DNA of 64,000 nt from an uncultured Gemmatimonadales bacterium (GCA_963716255.1 OY970303.1:7904001-7968000); one strand, 5' to 3'; shown: positions 38,216 through 48,589, counted from the stretch's first letter. Notes: generated by a model from the sequence alone, not told the origin. Numbers and translations are program-made.

Positions 38216-40606
38216 CTACCGCGGCTCCACCGCCAGCGTCACCGCGTCGCGGCCGGCGCGCGGCATGGCCTTGAGGTGCAGCGTTCCCGTCGCGGCGTCG
38301 AAGAAGAAGCGGTCGCCGGGGCCGGCGTCCAGCTCGGCGAGGCTGGCGGCGGCGGCCAGGGGGCGGGCGGTGTCGGAGTCGCGGATCACCGCGAAGCGGG
38401 CGGAGGGGTAGGGAAGGGCAAAGCGCACCCACTCGCCCTCGGCCATGCGCGACACGCTCACGCGCGGACGGGGGAGCGCGCCGCCGGGACGGAGCGCGTA
38501 GGCGCGGCCGGGGACCAGCGAGAGCGCCACGGTCCTGGGGTTGCCGGACACCCCCACCATGGCGGCGGCGGCGCCGTCGTCGCGGCGCACCTCCAGCGGG
38601 GCGGCGCTCTCGGTGCCGGTGCTCTGCACGCGCACCTCCACGAAGCGCCCGCGGCACACGTGGGCGTTCCACTCGGCGCGGCGCGCGCAGGCCGCGGTCA
38701 CCAGCAGCGGGTTGTCCACGGCCACGAAGGCGCCCGCGGTGCCCGTGACGGAGCCGTCCGTGTCCAGGATCACGGCGGCGCGGTCACCGTCGCGGTCGGC
38801 GCGGGGGGGCTCCAGGTACACCGCGTTGGCGTTCTCCAGGCGGATCCCCTCCGCGAAGTTGCCGGTGCTCACCGGGAAGCCGTTGGCCCGGTTGAAGCCC
38901 AGGGCGCTCGCCGGGCGCTGGCCGCTGGGGGTGAAGTTGACGAACAGGCTCCCCCGCGCGCCCACGCGGCCGTCGTAGAACTCGTAGCCGCGGATGGGGA
39001 ACGAGGCGCTGGGGAGCGGCGAGCGGTTGTCGCTCTCGCCCACCACCACCGCGTCGTCCAGGAACGTTTCCGAGGCGGCGAAGGTGGCGCCGATGCCGTT
39101 GTCGGCCAGCATCGCCCCCACCAGCCGCTGGCTGCTGCCGCGCAGCCACACCGCGCGCCCCCCGTGCTTGTACGCGGTGAAGCCGCGGAACTCGGCCACC
39201 ACCGCGGGCGACTCGGCGGCGGGGTCCTGCCGGGGGCGGTAGGAGGTGGTCTCGGTGGTGCCGTCCGGGCGGGGCCCGTCGTCCACGTTGAGGCCGGCGC
39301 TGCGGTTGGAGTGCGCCACGTTCCCCGAGAACTCCCCGAGCGCCGCGCGGCGCGGCCACACCGAGGCGTTGGTGGACAGGCCGGTGGGGTGCTCCGGGAG
39401 CGCGTACCAGAAGCCGAAGCCCTGCGACCCCGCGGCCACGTTGCCGCGCACGGTGTTGCCGGGGTGCGTGATCCAGAAGGTCGCCGGGCGCGAGTCGGAG
39501 GGGAGAACCATCTCGCCGGCGGCGGGGGTGCGCGAGCGGAAGCCCAGGTTCCCCGCCAGCAGGTTGCCGGTCTCCACCCCGTCCTCCAGGAAGTAGCCGT
39601 GCCCCAGGTGGTCGTAGCAGACGTTGTCCTCCACCCGCGCGTCGTGCGAGCCGTGCACCGTCACGCAGCGGTTCTGCGAGCGCCAGATGCTGCTCCCGCG
39701 CAGGTAGCTCCCCTGCACGCTCCCGGCCATGTGCCAGTGGAAGGGGTAGCGGGCCACCCGGCCCTTCTGCCCCATCAGGTACAGCTCCACCCCCGCCACG
39801 TGCGTCGTCCCCGAGCCCATCACCATGATGTGCCCGCCGAGCCCGCCCGCCGAGGCGTCGTCCCCGCGGATGGTGACGTTGCGGGTGAGCAGCCCCACCT
39901 CCGCGCGCTCGTCCAGCGTGCGCCCGCCGAAGCGCTGCAGCGCGCCCCAGTGCGCCCAGCGGAGCGGCTGCTCCAGCATCACCGTCTTCCCGTACACCGC
40001 CTTCACCACCGCCTCCTCGGCCTGCAGCGGGTCGAAGTCGGTGGACGCGACGGCGATGCGGTCGCCGGCGCGCCAGTCGGGGGCGCGCTCCAGCACCAGC
40101 TGCGTGGCGCCCTTGGCGGCGGTCTCCGCCAGCCGCGTCCACCCCAGGCGATCCTCGCCGTGCAGCTCCAGCGTGCCGCCCAGCACCCCCAGCACCTTGG
40201 CGCCCATCCCCATCACGTCCTGCGCCGGGTCGCTCCCGGTGAGCGTGATCACGGCGCGGCGGCGGAACGGCTTCGCCTCGCTCCCGATGCGCAGCGTGCC
40301 TCGCACGGCGATCCACTCCGCCGTGAGCGCGAGGTCGCGCTCGTCGAAGGCGAGCGTGCCGTCCACCTCCAGGCTCTTGAGCGGCGGCGGCGACACGTCC
40401 AGCAGGATGCTGCGGTCGGCGGGGATGACCACCGCGGCGCCCGCCTGCGGCACCCCCGCGGGCCACGCCGCCGGGTCCGACCAGCGCAGCGGCGCCGGAC
40501 CGTCCGGCTCCGCGCCCGCGGGGTCCGTCCCCCCGTCCGTGCACGACGCGGCCAGGGCGGCGATCGCGAGCAGCGCCAGGAAACGGGGGAGCGGAGTGGC
40601 GGTCAT
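38216..40606 (-). CDS. G8-domain beta-helix lipoprotein (TMEM2/CEMIP-like)
   Basis: Lipobox LAASC; G8 WSDPAAWPAGVP; AEVGLLTRNV, GQKGRVARYPFHWH, RCVTVHGSH, GHGYFLEDG, ATFWITHPGN. Confidence 0.88.
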   Translation of the reverse strand: MTATPLPRFLALLAIAALAASCTDGGTDPAGAEPDGPAPLRWSDPAAWPAGVPQAGAAVVIPADRSILLDVSPPPLKSLEVDGTLAFDERDLALTAEWIAVRGTLRIGSEAKPFRRRAVITLTGSDPAQDVMGMGAKVLGVLGGTLELHGEDRLGWTRLAETAAKGATQLVLERAPDWRAGDRIAVASTDFDPLQAEEAVVKAVYGKTVMLEQPLRWAHWGALQRFGGRTLDERAEVGLLTRNVTIRGDDASAGGLGGHIMVMGSGTTHVAGVELYLMGQKGRVARYPFHWHMAGSVQGSYLRGSSIWRSQNRCVTVHGSHDARVEDNVCYDHLGHGYFLEDGVETGNLLAGNLGFRSRTPAAGEMVLPSDSRPATFWITHPGNTVRGNVAAGSQGFGFWYALPEHPTGLSTNASVWPRRAALGEFSGNVAHSNRSAGLNVDDGPRPDGTTETTSYRPRQDPAAESPAVVAEFRGFTAYKHGGRAVWLRGSSQRLVGAMLADNGIGATFAASETFLDDAVVVGESDNRSPLPSASFPIRGYEFYDGRVGARGSLFVNFTPSGQRPASALGFNRANGFPVSTGNFAEGIRLENANAVYLEPPRADRDGDRAAVILDTDGSVTGTAGAFVAVDNPLLVTAACARRAEWNAHVCRGRFVEVRVQSTGTESAAPLEVRRDDGAAAAMVGVSGNPRTVALSLVPGRAYALRPGGALPRPRVSVSRMAEGEWVRFALPYPSARFAVIRDSDTARPLAAAASLAELDAGPGDRFFFDAATGTLHLKAMPRAGRDAVTLAVEPR

Positions 40607-40823
40607 GGGAACCCGGAGTGGGAGGGGGGAGGAAGGCGTCGCGCGGGACGGGGCGGCACAGGGCACCCGCCGTGCCGGGCAACCGGACGCGCAACGGGGA
40701 GGAAGCAACGCCTCGACGCGGCCGAGGCGATACGACTTAAACTGTTACAATCCTGGAGGATGCACACGATCACCTCCGGGCGTTTCAAAGACACCTCGTG
40801 GACTTTGTCGCGCCGAAAAGCTT

Positions 40824-40854
40824 GCCCCGGCGGGCAGAGTTTGCCCGCCGGGGC
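40824..40854 (-). terminator. Hairpin terminator of the 40861-41955 gene
   Basis: gccccggcgggca...tgcccgccggggc, followed on the minus strand by aagctttt. Confidence 0.6.
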
Positions 40855-40860
40855 CTCGTG

Positions 40861-41955
40861 CTACGGGGCGGCGGCCCCGGCCGCCTCCGGCTCCTCGATC
40901 TCCACGCTGCCGTCCACGGAGACCCGGAGGGTGACCGGCTCGCCGGGCTCGTAGCGCTCCCACTGCGCCTGCGTGAGCTGCTTCGTGTACTCCTTGCCCT
41001 CCTTGTCGCGGAAGGTCAGGGTGTACACCTCCTTGCGCTCGCCCTCGCGCTCCCTGCTCCCGGACAGCCCGGCGTCCGGCCACGCCGGCGAGCCCGTCGC
41101 GCCGCCGGCCGCTCGCGCCACGCGCTCGGGCTTCCAGCGCTCGATCTCGTAGCGGAAGCGCGTCCCCCACACCGGCACCTGTCGGTAGACCGGCTCCTGG
41201 TACTCTTCGGAACGGTACTGGGTGGAGTACGTGGCCCGGGTGCAGGTCCTGTCCGTGAAATAGCCGTTGCCGTTGTCGGTGGTGCCGCAGGTGTACGACT
41301 CGGTACCGGTCTGCACCCGCTCGGAGACCTGGCGGGTGCGGCTCTCGTAGTGGTCCAGCACCCGGTCGTAGCGGCGGATGGCCCGCTCGCTGCTCAGCTC
41401 GCGCCCGCCCTGGGGGAGCTCCCACTCCTCCTCGGTGACGGTGCGGTACTGTTCCACCTGCACGGTGCGCTCCCACGAGCGGTCGCTCACCGTCGCCGGC
41501 ACGTCCCTGGGGCTGAGGATGGCGAAGGCGCCGCCCGCCACCCCCAGCCCGATCCCCCAGCGAACCACCCGCCGGAACCCGCCGGTCTTGCGGGTCGAAG
41601 GCGGAGCCGGCGGCACGGACGCGGCGCGGAGGGCCCGCCGCCCGGAGCGCGGCGCCTCGCCCTCCTCGTACTCGTGCGTCTCCTGGTGCACGCTGTCGCC
41701 CACGGGCGCGCCGCACCCCGTGCAGTCCGCCGAGAGCGCGCGGTTGCTGGCGCCGCAGTGCTCGCACACCCAGTCCGCGCCGGCGGCGGCCTGGCGCAGC
41801 ATCTCCGCGTCGGTCAGCTCCGGCGCGTCCTCGGGGAGGTAGAAGCGCACGTCGTCCGGGCGCGGGAGCCCGCAGTGGGGGCAGGCGACGTCGCGCCCGC
41901 GCACGCCGGCGGTGCCACAGGAATCGCAGTCCCAGCGTCCTTCGCGTACGGCCAT
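40861..41955 (-). CDS. Membrane protein with two N-terminal zinc-ribbon (RanBP2-like) motifs
   Basis: WDCDSCG..CPHCG and WVCEHCG..CTGCG, one TM segment, beta-rich C-terminal domain. Confidence 0.8.
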   Translation of the reverse strand: MAVREGRWDCDSCGTAGVRGRDVACPHCGLPRPDDVRFYLPEDAPELTDAEMLRQAAAGADWVCEHCGASNRALSADCTGCGAPVGDSVHQETHEYEEGEAPRSGRRALRAASVPPAPPSTRKTGGFRRVVRWGIGLGVAGGAFAILSPRDVPATVSDRSWERTVQVEQYRTVTEEEWELPQGGRELSSERAIRRYDRVLDHYESRTRQVSERVQTGTESYTCGTTDNGNGYFTDRTCTRATYSTQYRSEEYQEPVYRQVPVWGTRFRYEIERWKPERVARAAGGATGSPAWPDAGLSGSREREGERKEVYTLTFRDKEGKEYTKQLTQAQWERYEPGEPVTLRVSVDGSVEIEEPEAAGAAAP

Positions 41956-42129
41956 GGGAGTGGAGCAGGCAGGGAGGGCGGAAACGGAAAACGGCCCGCG
42001 CAGGGCGTTGCGGCGGGCGCACTTCGGGGTGCGGAAGAGGAAATATCGCGTGGACGCGCCGGACCGACAAGCGGCTCATGCGCGGCGTGCGACCCGGTGC
42101 TCCGCGAGATGCACGGCACCCGCCGCTCG

Positions 42130-42539
42130 GGCTCCGGTGTTCGGGGTCGGCCGGGGGCGGCTGCTCCGTCGGTGCGGTACCCGAAGGGACTCGCCAGAGC
42201 ACTCGCCCGCCCTCCGAGCGAAGGCGGGATCACGCTGGCTTCGAACAACGCACCTCCTGCACAGCCTCCCCCGACCTCCCGGCGCAGATCGCAACGGCAC
42301 AATGCCCGACCTTCGGCCAGCCCTCCCCCAGGATTGGGGGATGTAGGGGGAAAGCCGTGCGAGCCTCAAGCGAGCCGGGTGGGGGCCCCGGCGGACGCCA
42401 GCGCGACCCCCGCGTGAGGGATTTCGGCCCGAAGGGGCGAGACCCCGCGCAGTTTGCGGGGGCTCGACTCCGTAACGCAGCGTTGTTTGCTGCGTTACGG
42501 AGCCGAAGCCCGACCCCGGCGCCAGCCGGGGGCACGCCC
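42130..42539 (-). repeat. Composite repeat: module B + palindrome + core A copy 9 (42411-42539)
   Basis: Stem ACGCAGC/GCTGCGT. Confidence 0.93.
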
Positions 42540-42669
42540 AAACCCGCCGCATCCCCACGAACCCGCCGGATTCGCCCGAAACCCTATGTCGAAACCAGCA
42601 GTTGCCCCGCAACCCCGCGAAGCATACCTTCCGCTCCCCGTCGACAACCCCACCTCGGAGATCCCCCGG

Positions 42670-44277
42670 ATGGACCGCCGACAGTTCCTCGCCCGCGGCG
42701 CCGCCCTCGCGGCCGGCGCGGCCGTCACCGGACTCCCCTCGCTCGCGGAAGCCTACCCGGCCCGCTTCGCCGCGGACCCGGGGGTGCGCGAGCTCGCCCT
42801 GCGCGCCCTGGACGCCGCGAAGCTCGCGGGAGCGGCGTATGCCGACGTGCGCGTGAGCCGCAACCGCAACCAGTCGGTGTCCACGCGCGAGCGTCAGATC
42901 ACCGCCCTGGAGGACGGCGAGACCTTCGGCTTCGGGGTGCGGGTGCTGGCGGGCGGGGCCTGGGGCTTCGCGGCCAGCCGGGAATTGACGCTCCCGGAGG
43001 TGGAGCGGGTGGCGCGGCAGGCGGTCACGCAGGCCAGGGCGAACGCCCTGGCGGCGTCGCGCCCGGTGACGCTGGCGCCCACAGAAAGCTACCCGGACGC
43101 CGTGTGGCGCTCGCCCATCGAGACCGACCCTTTCGACGTGCCCATCGAGGACAAGGTGGCGCTGCTGCTTGCGGCGAACGCGGCGGCGCTGGGGGTGCGC
43201 GGGGCGCGCTACGTGACCTCGTCCATGTTCTTCGTGCGCGAGGAAAAGACGTTCGCGTCCACGGAAGGGACCTTCGCGCAGCAGACCGTCTACCGCACGT
43301 ACCCGCAGATGAGCGTGACCGCGGTCTCGGCGGACGGGCGCGACTTCCAGACGCGCAACTCCACCCCGGTGCAGCCCATGGGGCTGGGGTACGAGCACGT
43401 GCGGCGCGCGCGCCTGGAGGAGAACGCCGTCGTCTGGGCGGAGGACGCGGTGAAGAAGCTTTCGGCGAAGCCGGTGCAGCCGGGGCGCTACGACCTGGTG
43501 CTCCTCCCCTCGCACCTGTTCCTGACCATCCACGAGTCCATCGCGCACCCCACGGAGCTGGACCGCATCCTGGGGTACGAGGCCAACTACGCCGGCACTT
43601 CGTTCATCTCGCCGGCGGCCGACTTCCTGGGCAGCTTCCGCTACGGGCCGGAGATCTTCAACATCCAGGGGGAGCGCTCCGCGCCGGGCGGGCTCGCCAC
43701 CGTGGGGTGGGACGACGAGGGAGTGATGCCGGACGAGTACCTGATCGTGAAGGACGGGGTGCTCGACGACCTGCAGACCACGCGCGAGCAGGCCCCCATG
43801 CTCGCCGACTGGTACCGGCGGAGCGGCCGCCCGGTGCGCTCGCACGGCAACTCGTACGCGGAAAGCTGGTCGGACGTGCAGTTCCAGCGCATGCCCAACG
43901 TGAACCTGCTCCCCCACCCGGAGCGCGACGTGACGCTGGACGAGCTGGTGGACGGGGTCAGGGACGGGATCATGATCGAGGGGCGGGGCTCCTACTCCAT
44001 CGACCAGCAGCGCTACAACGCGCAGTTCGGCGGGCAGGTGTTCCACGAGATCAGGAACGGCAGGGTGGTGGGGATGCTCAAGGACGTCGCCTACCAGATG
44101 CGCACCCCGGAGTTCTGGAACGCGGTGGACCTGATCGGCGGCAGGAGCACCTACTTCCTGGGCGGCACCTTCAACGACGGCAAGGGACAGCCCTCCCAGT
44201 CCAACGCCGTGTCGCACGGCTGCGTCCCCACGCGCCACCGCAGCATCAACGTGATCAACACCGGCCGGGCGGGGTAA
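42670..44277 (+). CDS. tldD: TldD/PmbA-family metalloprotease with Tat signal peptide
   Basis: MDRRQFL twin-arginine motif; YADVR, GAWGFA, IHESIAH, WDDEG, RMPNVNL, GKGQPSQ. Confidence 0.88.
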   Translation: MDRRQFLARGAALAAGAAVTGLPSLAEAYPARFAADPGVRELALRALDAAKLAGAAYADVRVSRNRNQSVSTRERQITALEDGETFGFGVRVLAGGAWGFAASRELTLPEVERVARQAVTQARANALAASRPVTLAPTESYPDAVWRSPIETDPFDVPIEDKVALLLAANAAALGVRGARYVTSSMFFVREEKTFASTEGTFAQQTVYRTYPQMSVTAVSADGRDFQTRNSTPVQPMGLGYEHVRRARLEENAVVWAEDAVKKLSAKPVQPGRYDLVLLPSHLFLTIHESIAHPTELDRILGYEANYAGTSFISPAADFLGSFRYGPEIFNIQGERSAPGGLATVGWDDEGVMPDEYLIVKDGVLDDLQTTREQAPMLADWYRRSGRPVRSHGNSYAESWSDVQFQRMPNVNLLPHPERDVTLDELVDGVRDGIMIEGRGSYSIDQQRYNAQFGGQVFHEIRNGRVVGMLKDVAYQMRTPEFWNAVDLIGGRSTYFLGGTFNDGKGQPSQSNAVSHGCVPTRHRSINVINTGRAG

Positions 44278-44349
44278 CCGGTTGTGAGACAAGCGTTTGT
44301 GCCGGCGGGCGGGATGGCGCCGGCACTTGCGGGGAGCGGTCCCGGGCGG

Positions 44350-44379
44350 TTGACAAGGCCGGGGCGCCGCAAGTAGTTT
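44350..44379 (+). promoter_or_regulatory. Putative sigma70 promoter of secDF
   Basis: TTGACA-18bp-TAGTTT about 90 bp upstream of secD. Confidence 0.6.
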
Positions 44380-44466
44380 TGCAGATTCCGTTTCGCCGCC
44401 ACGCCGCCCCTCCCGGCGGTCCGTCCATCCCACCTCCCCCACACTCGTTGGAGTCCGCATTCTCCA

Positions 44467-46053
44467 ATGCTTCAAAACCTGAAAGTCCGCCTGGCGATCA
44501 TCGCGGTCGCACTCCTCGGCAGCCTGTTCTTCCTCTACAGGAACTACTCGCATCCGGGTCCCGACGGCAAGCCGACCCGGCAGGCCGTCACCCTCGGCCT
44601 CGACCTGCAGGGCGGGAGCCAGCTGGCGCTCGAGATCGACGAGAGCAAGGCCAGGCTCGCCCCCGAGCAGCGCGCCGACGCCATCGACCGGGCGCTCAAG
44701 ATCGTCCGCACCCGCGTGGACGAGCTGGGCGTCGCCGAGCCGGTGGTGCAGAAGGCCGGCGACGACCGCATCATCGTGGAGCTCGCCGGGCTGCAGGGCG
44801 GGGCCCGGGCCAAGGAGGTCCTGCAGCGGACCGCCTTCCTGCAGTTCCAGATGGTCCACTCCATCGCCGAGATGCAGCAGGCCTTCCCGCGGATCGACCG
44901 GGCCGTGACGGAGGCGCTGGGCGCCCGGGGCGCCGCGCCGAAGACCGGCAGCCCGGTGGGCGGGCTGTTCAAGGGCTCGGCGGGGCAGGACTCCACGGGC
45001 GGCGCGACGCCGTTCACCAGCAAGGTGTCCCCGGTGGGCGAGGGCGAGTTCCTCGTGCAGGCCGCGGACGTGCCCGAGGTGGAGCGCTACATCGCGCTCC
45101 CGGCGGTGCAGCGGCTCCTGCCGCGGGGGACGGAGTTCCTGTGGGGGACGCCGGAGCGCGGCACGCAGCAGGCGGAGCAGGTGCGCCGCCTCTTCCTGGT
45201 GGACTCGCGCGCCATGATGACGGGCGAGTACCTGGAGCAGGCGCAGGCGCAGACGGACCCGCAGTCCATGCGGCCCATCGTCACCTTCGAGCTGAGCCGC
45301 CGCGGCGGCCGCGTCTTCGAGAAGGCCACCGGCGAGAACATCGGCAAGCAGATGGCGATCGTGCTGGACGACAAGGTGTTCAGCGCCCCCGTCATCCAGT
45401 CGCAGATCGGCAACCGCGGCCAGATCGACCTGGGCGGCGGCACGCTGGAGGAGGCGAGCGACCTGGCGCTGGTGCTGCGCGCGGGCGCCCTGCCGGCGCC
45501 GCTCCGCATCGTGGAGGAGCGCACCATCGGGCCGTCGCTGGGGCAGGACTCCATCGACAACGGCCGCCTGGCCGGGATGATCGGCATCGCCGCGGTGGTG
45601 CTGATGGTGATCGGGTACTACCACTTCTCCGGGGTGCTGGCGGTGATCGCCCTGTGCCTGTACGTGGTTCTCATCCTGGGCAGCATGGCCGCGCTGGGCG
45701 CGACGCTGACCTTCCCCGGGATCGCCGGCCTGATCCTGTCGGTGGGCATGGCGGTGGACGCCAACGTGCTGATCTTCGAGCGCATCCGCGAGGAGCTGGC
45801 GCTGGGGCGGAGCATCCGCACCTCCATCAGCGAGGGGTTCTCCAACGCGCTCTCGGCGATCGTGGACTCCAACCTGACCACGCTCATCACGGCCGGCATC
45901 CTGTACTACGTGGGGACGGGCCCGGTCCGCGGCTTCGCGGTGACGCTGGCCATCGGCATCATCGCCTCCATGTTCACCGCCATCTTCGTCACGCGCACGC
46001 TGTTCATGGTCTACGCAGAGCGTAGGACGGCGGCGCAGGGCATCTCCATCTGA
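44467..46053 (+). CDS. secD: Protein translocase subunit SecD
   Basis: LGLDLQGG, RVDELGVAEP, LRAGALPAPL, IGPSLG, GMAVDANVLIFERIREE. Confidence 0.97.
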   Translation: MLQNLKVRLAIIAVALLGSLFFLYRNYSHPGPDGKPTRQAVTLGLDLQGGSQLALEIDESKARLAPEQRADAIDRALKIVRTRVDELGVAEPVVQKAGDDRIIVELAGLQGGARAKEVLQRTAFLQFQMVHSIAEMQQAFPRIDRAVTEALGARGAAPKTGSPVGGLFKGSAGQDSTGGATPFTSKVSPVGEGEFLVQAADVPEVERYIALPAVQRLLPRGTEFLWGTPERGTQQAEQVRRLFLVDSRAMMTGEYLEQAQAQTDPQSMRPIVTFELSRRGGRVFEKATGENIGKQMAIVLDDKVFSAPVIQSQIGNRGQIDLGGGTLEEASDLALVLRAGALPAPLRIVEERTIGPSLGQDSIDNGRLAGMIGIAAVVLMVIGYYHFSGVLAVIALCLYVVLILGSMAALGATLTFPGIAGLILSVGMAVDANVLIFERIREELALGRSIRTSISEGFSNALSAIVDSNLTTLITAGILYYVGTGPVRGFAVTLAIGIIASMFTAIFVTRTLFMVYAERRTAAQGISI

Positions 46054-46075
46054 ACGGGCACCGAGGACACCCCGC

Positions 46076-47068
46076 ATGAGACTCTTCGAGAACGCCAGGT
46101 ACCCGTTCATGGAGTGGCGCACCCGCGCCTACCTGATCACCGCCTTCCTCCTGGCGGTGGGATTCGGGGCGATGATCTACAACGTCACGTCCATCGGGTC
46201 GTGGCTCAAGTACGGCGTGGACTTCACCGGCGGCAGCCTGGTGCAGGTGGACTTCAAGCGCCCCACCACGGTGGAGCAGATCCGCTCGGCGGCGGCGCGC
46301 GGCGGCCACGACGACTGGGAGATCGCCCGCTTCGGGAGCGGCGACGAGTTCGTGATCCGCATGCCCACCTTCGAGCAGGAGGTGGGGAGCGACGCGTCGG
46401 TCCGCGTGGCGCAGGGCCTGTCCTCCGCCTACCAGCCCGCCGACTTCACCGTGGTGCGCACCGAGGCGCTGGGCGCCAAGGTCGGCGACGAGCTGCAGCT
46501 CAAGGCGCTGTGGGCGATCCTCCTGTCCTTCGCCGCGACGCTGGTGTACCTGGGGTTCCGCTTCGAGTGGCGGTTCGGCCTGGCGGCGATCGTCGCCACT
46601 GCGCACGACATCCTGATCACCCTGGGCTTCCTGGCGATCACGCGCACGGAGATCTCGCTGACCACCATCGCGGCGCTGCTCACCATCGTGGGCTACTCGC
46701 TGAACGACACCATCGTGGTGTTCGACCGCATCCGCGAGAACCTGGCGAAGCCGCACCGGACGGGGTCGAGCTACATGCAGCTGCTGAACACCTCCATCAA
46801 CGAGACGCTCTCGCGGACGGTGCTCACCGGCGGCTCGACGCTCGCGACGCTCCTGGCGCTGTACTTCTTCGGCGGCGGGGTGATCCAGGACTTCGCGCTG
46901 GTGCTGCTGCTGGGGATCGTGATCGGGACCTTCTCCTCGATCTTCGTGGCGTCGCCGGCGCTGTACGAGATCGAGAAGCGCTGGCCCAAGTACAACGCCA
47001 AGGGCAAGCCGCGCACCTCCTCGCAGACCAAGACGAGCCGCAGCGCGAGCAGCTCCGCGCTGGTCTGA
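46076..47068 (+). CDS. secF: Protein translocase subunit SecF
   Basis: GVDFTGG, GYSLNDTIVVFDRIRE, TLSRT, GTFSSIFVA. Confidence 0.97.
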   Translation: MRLFENARYPFMEWRTRAYLITAFLLAVGFGAMIYNVTSIGSWLKYGVDFTGGSLVQVDFKRPTTVEQIRSAAARGGHDDWEIARFGSGDEFVIRMPTFEQEVGSDASVRVAQGLSSAYQPADFTVVRTEALGAKVGDELQLKALWAILLSFAATLVYLGFRFEWRFGLAAIVATAHDILITLGFLAITRTEISLTTIAALLTIVGYSLNDTIVVFDRIRENLAKPHRTGSSYMQLLNTSINETLSRTVLTGGSTLATLLALYFFGGGVIQDFALVLLLGIVIGTFSSIFVASPALYEIEKRWPKYNAKGKPRTSSQTKTSRSASSSALV

Positions 47069-47162
47069 GCGGTCCCGTCGTCCGGGAAGCGAGCCGCCGC
47101 GGAAGTCCGCGGCGGCTCGTCGTCGTTGTGGGAGCCTCCTTCCGAGCCACGCACAGGGCGCA

Positions 47163-47933
47163 ATGAACCCGTTCACCGTCATCGACTCGCACGCGCACCT
47201 CACCGACGAGCGCCTCCTCCCCGACGTGGAGGGGGTGCTGGAGCGGGCCCGCGCCGCCGGCGTGGAGGCAGTGGTCACCATCGGCACGCACCGCGAGGAC
47301 TGGGCGCGCGTGGCGGGGCTGGCGGAGCGCTTCCCCGGCGTGCACGCGGTGGCCGGGGTGCACCCGCACACCGCGGAGGACGCCACGGACGGGGCGCTCG
47401 CCGAGCTGCGGGAGCTGGCGCTGGGCCGGCGGATCGTGGGGCTGGGGGAGACGGGGCTGGACTACTTCTACGACAATGCCCCGCGCGAGGCGCAGCGCGC
47501 CGCCTTCCTCGCGCACCTGGAGCTGGCGCGGGAAACGGGGCTCCCTGTGGTGGTGCACACCCGCAGCGCGGACGAGGACACGGCGGACATCCTGGCCGAC
47601 GCGCGCGGCGTGACCGGCGTGCTGCACTGCTTCAGCGGGGGGCGCGCGCTGCTGGAGCGGGCGCTGGATGCGGGGTGGTACGTGTCCTTCGCGGGGATGA
47701 TCACCTTCAGGAAGTACGAGGACGCGGACCGGGTCCGCGCCGTCCCCGCCGACCGCATCCTAGTGGAAACGGACGCGCCCTACCTGGCGCCGGCCCCGAT
47801 GCGCGGCAGGACCAACGAGCCGGCGTTCGTGGTGCACACCGCCCGCAGGGCGGCGGAGATCCGCGGCGAGGACCCGGCCGCCTTCGCCGCCGCGACGGTG
47901 CGGAACACGCGGGCGTTCTACCGCCTGGGCTGA
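47163..47933 (+). CDS. tatD: TatD-family DNase
   Basis: DSHAHL, GVHPH, GETGLDY, VVHTR, LHCFSG, ETDAPYLAP. Confidence 0.94.
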   Translation: MNPFTVIDSHAHLTDERLLPDVEGVLERARAAGVEAVVTIGTHREDWARVAGLAERFPGVHAVAGVHPHTAEDATDGALAELRELALGRRIVGLGETGLDYFYDNAPREAQRAAFLAHLELARETGLPVVVHTRSADEDTADILADARGVTGVLHCFSGGRALLERALDAGWYVSFAGMITFRKYEDADRVRAVPADRILVETDAPYLAPAPMRGRTNEPAFVVHTARRAAEIRGEDPAAFAAATVRNTRAFYRLG

Positions 47934-47946
47934 CCCGGCCGGGGCG

Positions 47947-48492
47947 TCAGAACACGGAGGTGATGACGACGCGGAGTGGGACGGCGCCCCGGTTGGCGTA
48001 GACGTAGGGGCGGTCGGAGGCGAAGCCGGCGGACTCGCCCTCGGCGACGGTCTGGCCGCCGCCGCCGGTCTGCAGGGTGAGGGTGCCGACTGCGACGTAC
48101 ACCAGGGTGCGGGTGCCGGGGCGGTCCGGCGCCGCCTCGTAGTGCTCGCCCGGTGCGAGGCTCCACTCCCACAGCTCCACGGTGCCGCCGCCCGGGACGC
48201 CGGCCAGGAAGCGCGCGCGGCTGCCGGGGTCTCCCCCGCGCCACACCACCTCGGGCGCCGGGACGGCGGCGTCCGGGGCGCGGACCAGGTCGGCGAAGGG
48301 GACGCCGAGCGCGTCCGCGAGCCGGTCGAGGGTCGCCAGGCTGACGTTGCTGTCGCCGGCCTCGATCCCCACCACCATGCGGCGGCTGACGTCCGCGCGC
48401 TCGGCGAGGGCCTGCTGGGTCCAGCCGCGCAGCTGGCGCGCGGCGCGGAGGTTGGCGGCGACGTGGCGGAGGAGGGGCGGATCTGTGGACAC
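47947..48492 (-). CDS. XRE-family HTH + cupin transcriptional regulator (alternative ATG start at 48519)
   Basis: NLRAARQLRGWTQQALAERADVSRRM..IEAG..NVSLATL; cupin VELWEWSLAPGE. Confidence 0.9.
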   Translation of the reverse strand: MSTDPPLLRHVAANLRAARQLRGWTQQALAERADVSRRMVVGIEAGDSNVSLATLDRLADALGVPFADLVRAPDAAVPAPEVVWRGGDPGSRARFLAGVPGGGTVELWEWSLAPGEHYEAAPDRPGTRTLVYVAVGTLTLQTGGGGQTVAEGESAGFASDRPYVYANRGAVPLRVVITSVF

Positions 48493-48500
48493 GATGTGTA

Positions 48501-48545
48501 TGAGCAATATGTTGCGCATAAGCTTCCTGTGCATTATACTGCACA
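48501..48545. promoter_or_regulatory. Overlapping divergent promoters with two palindromic operators
   Basis: TGAGCA-N6-TGCGCA (48501-48518) and TGTGCA-N6-TGCACA (48528-48545); plus-strand TTGCGC-17-TATACT; minus-strand TATAAT at 48533-48538. Confidence 0.75.
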
Positions 48546-48589
48546 TCGTTCTTCGGCGCCAGATTCGCTTTCGGCCGGTACGGTACGTG

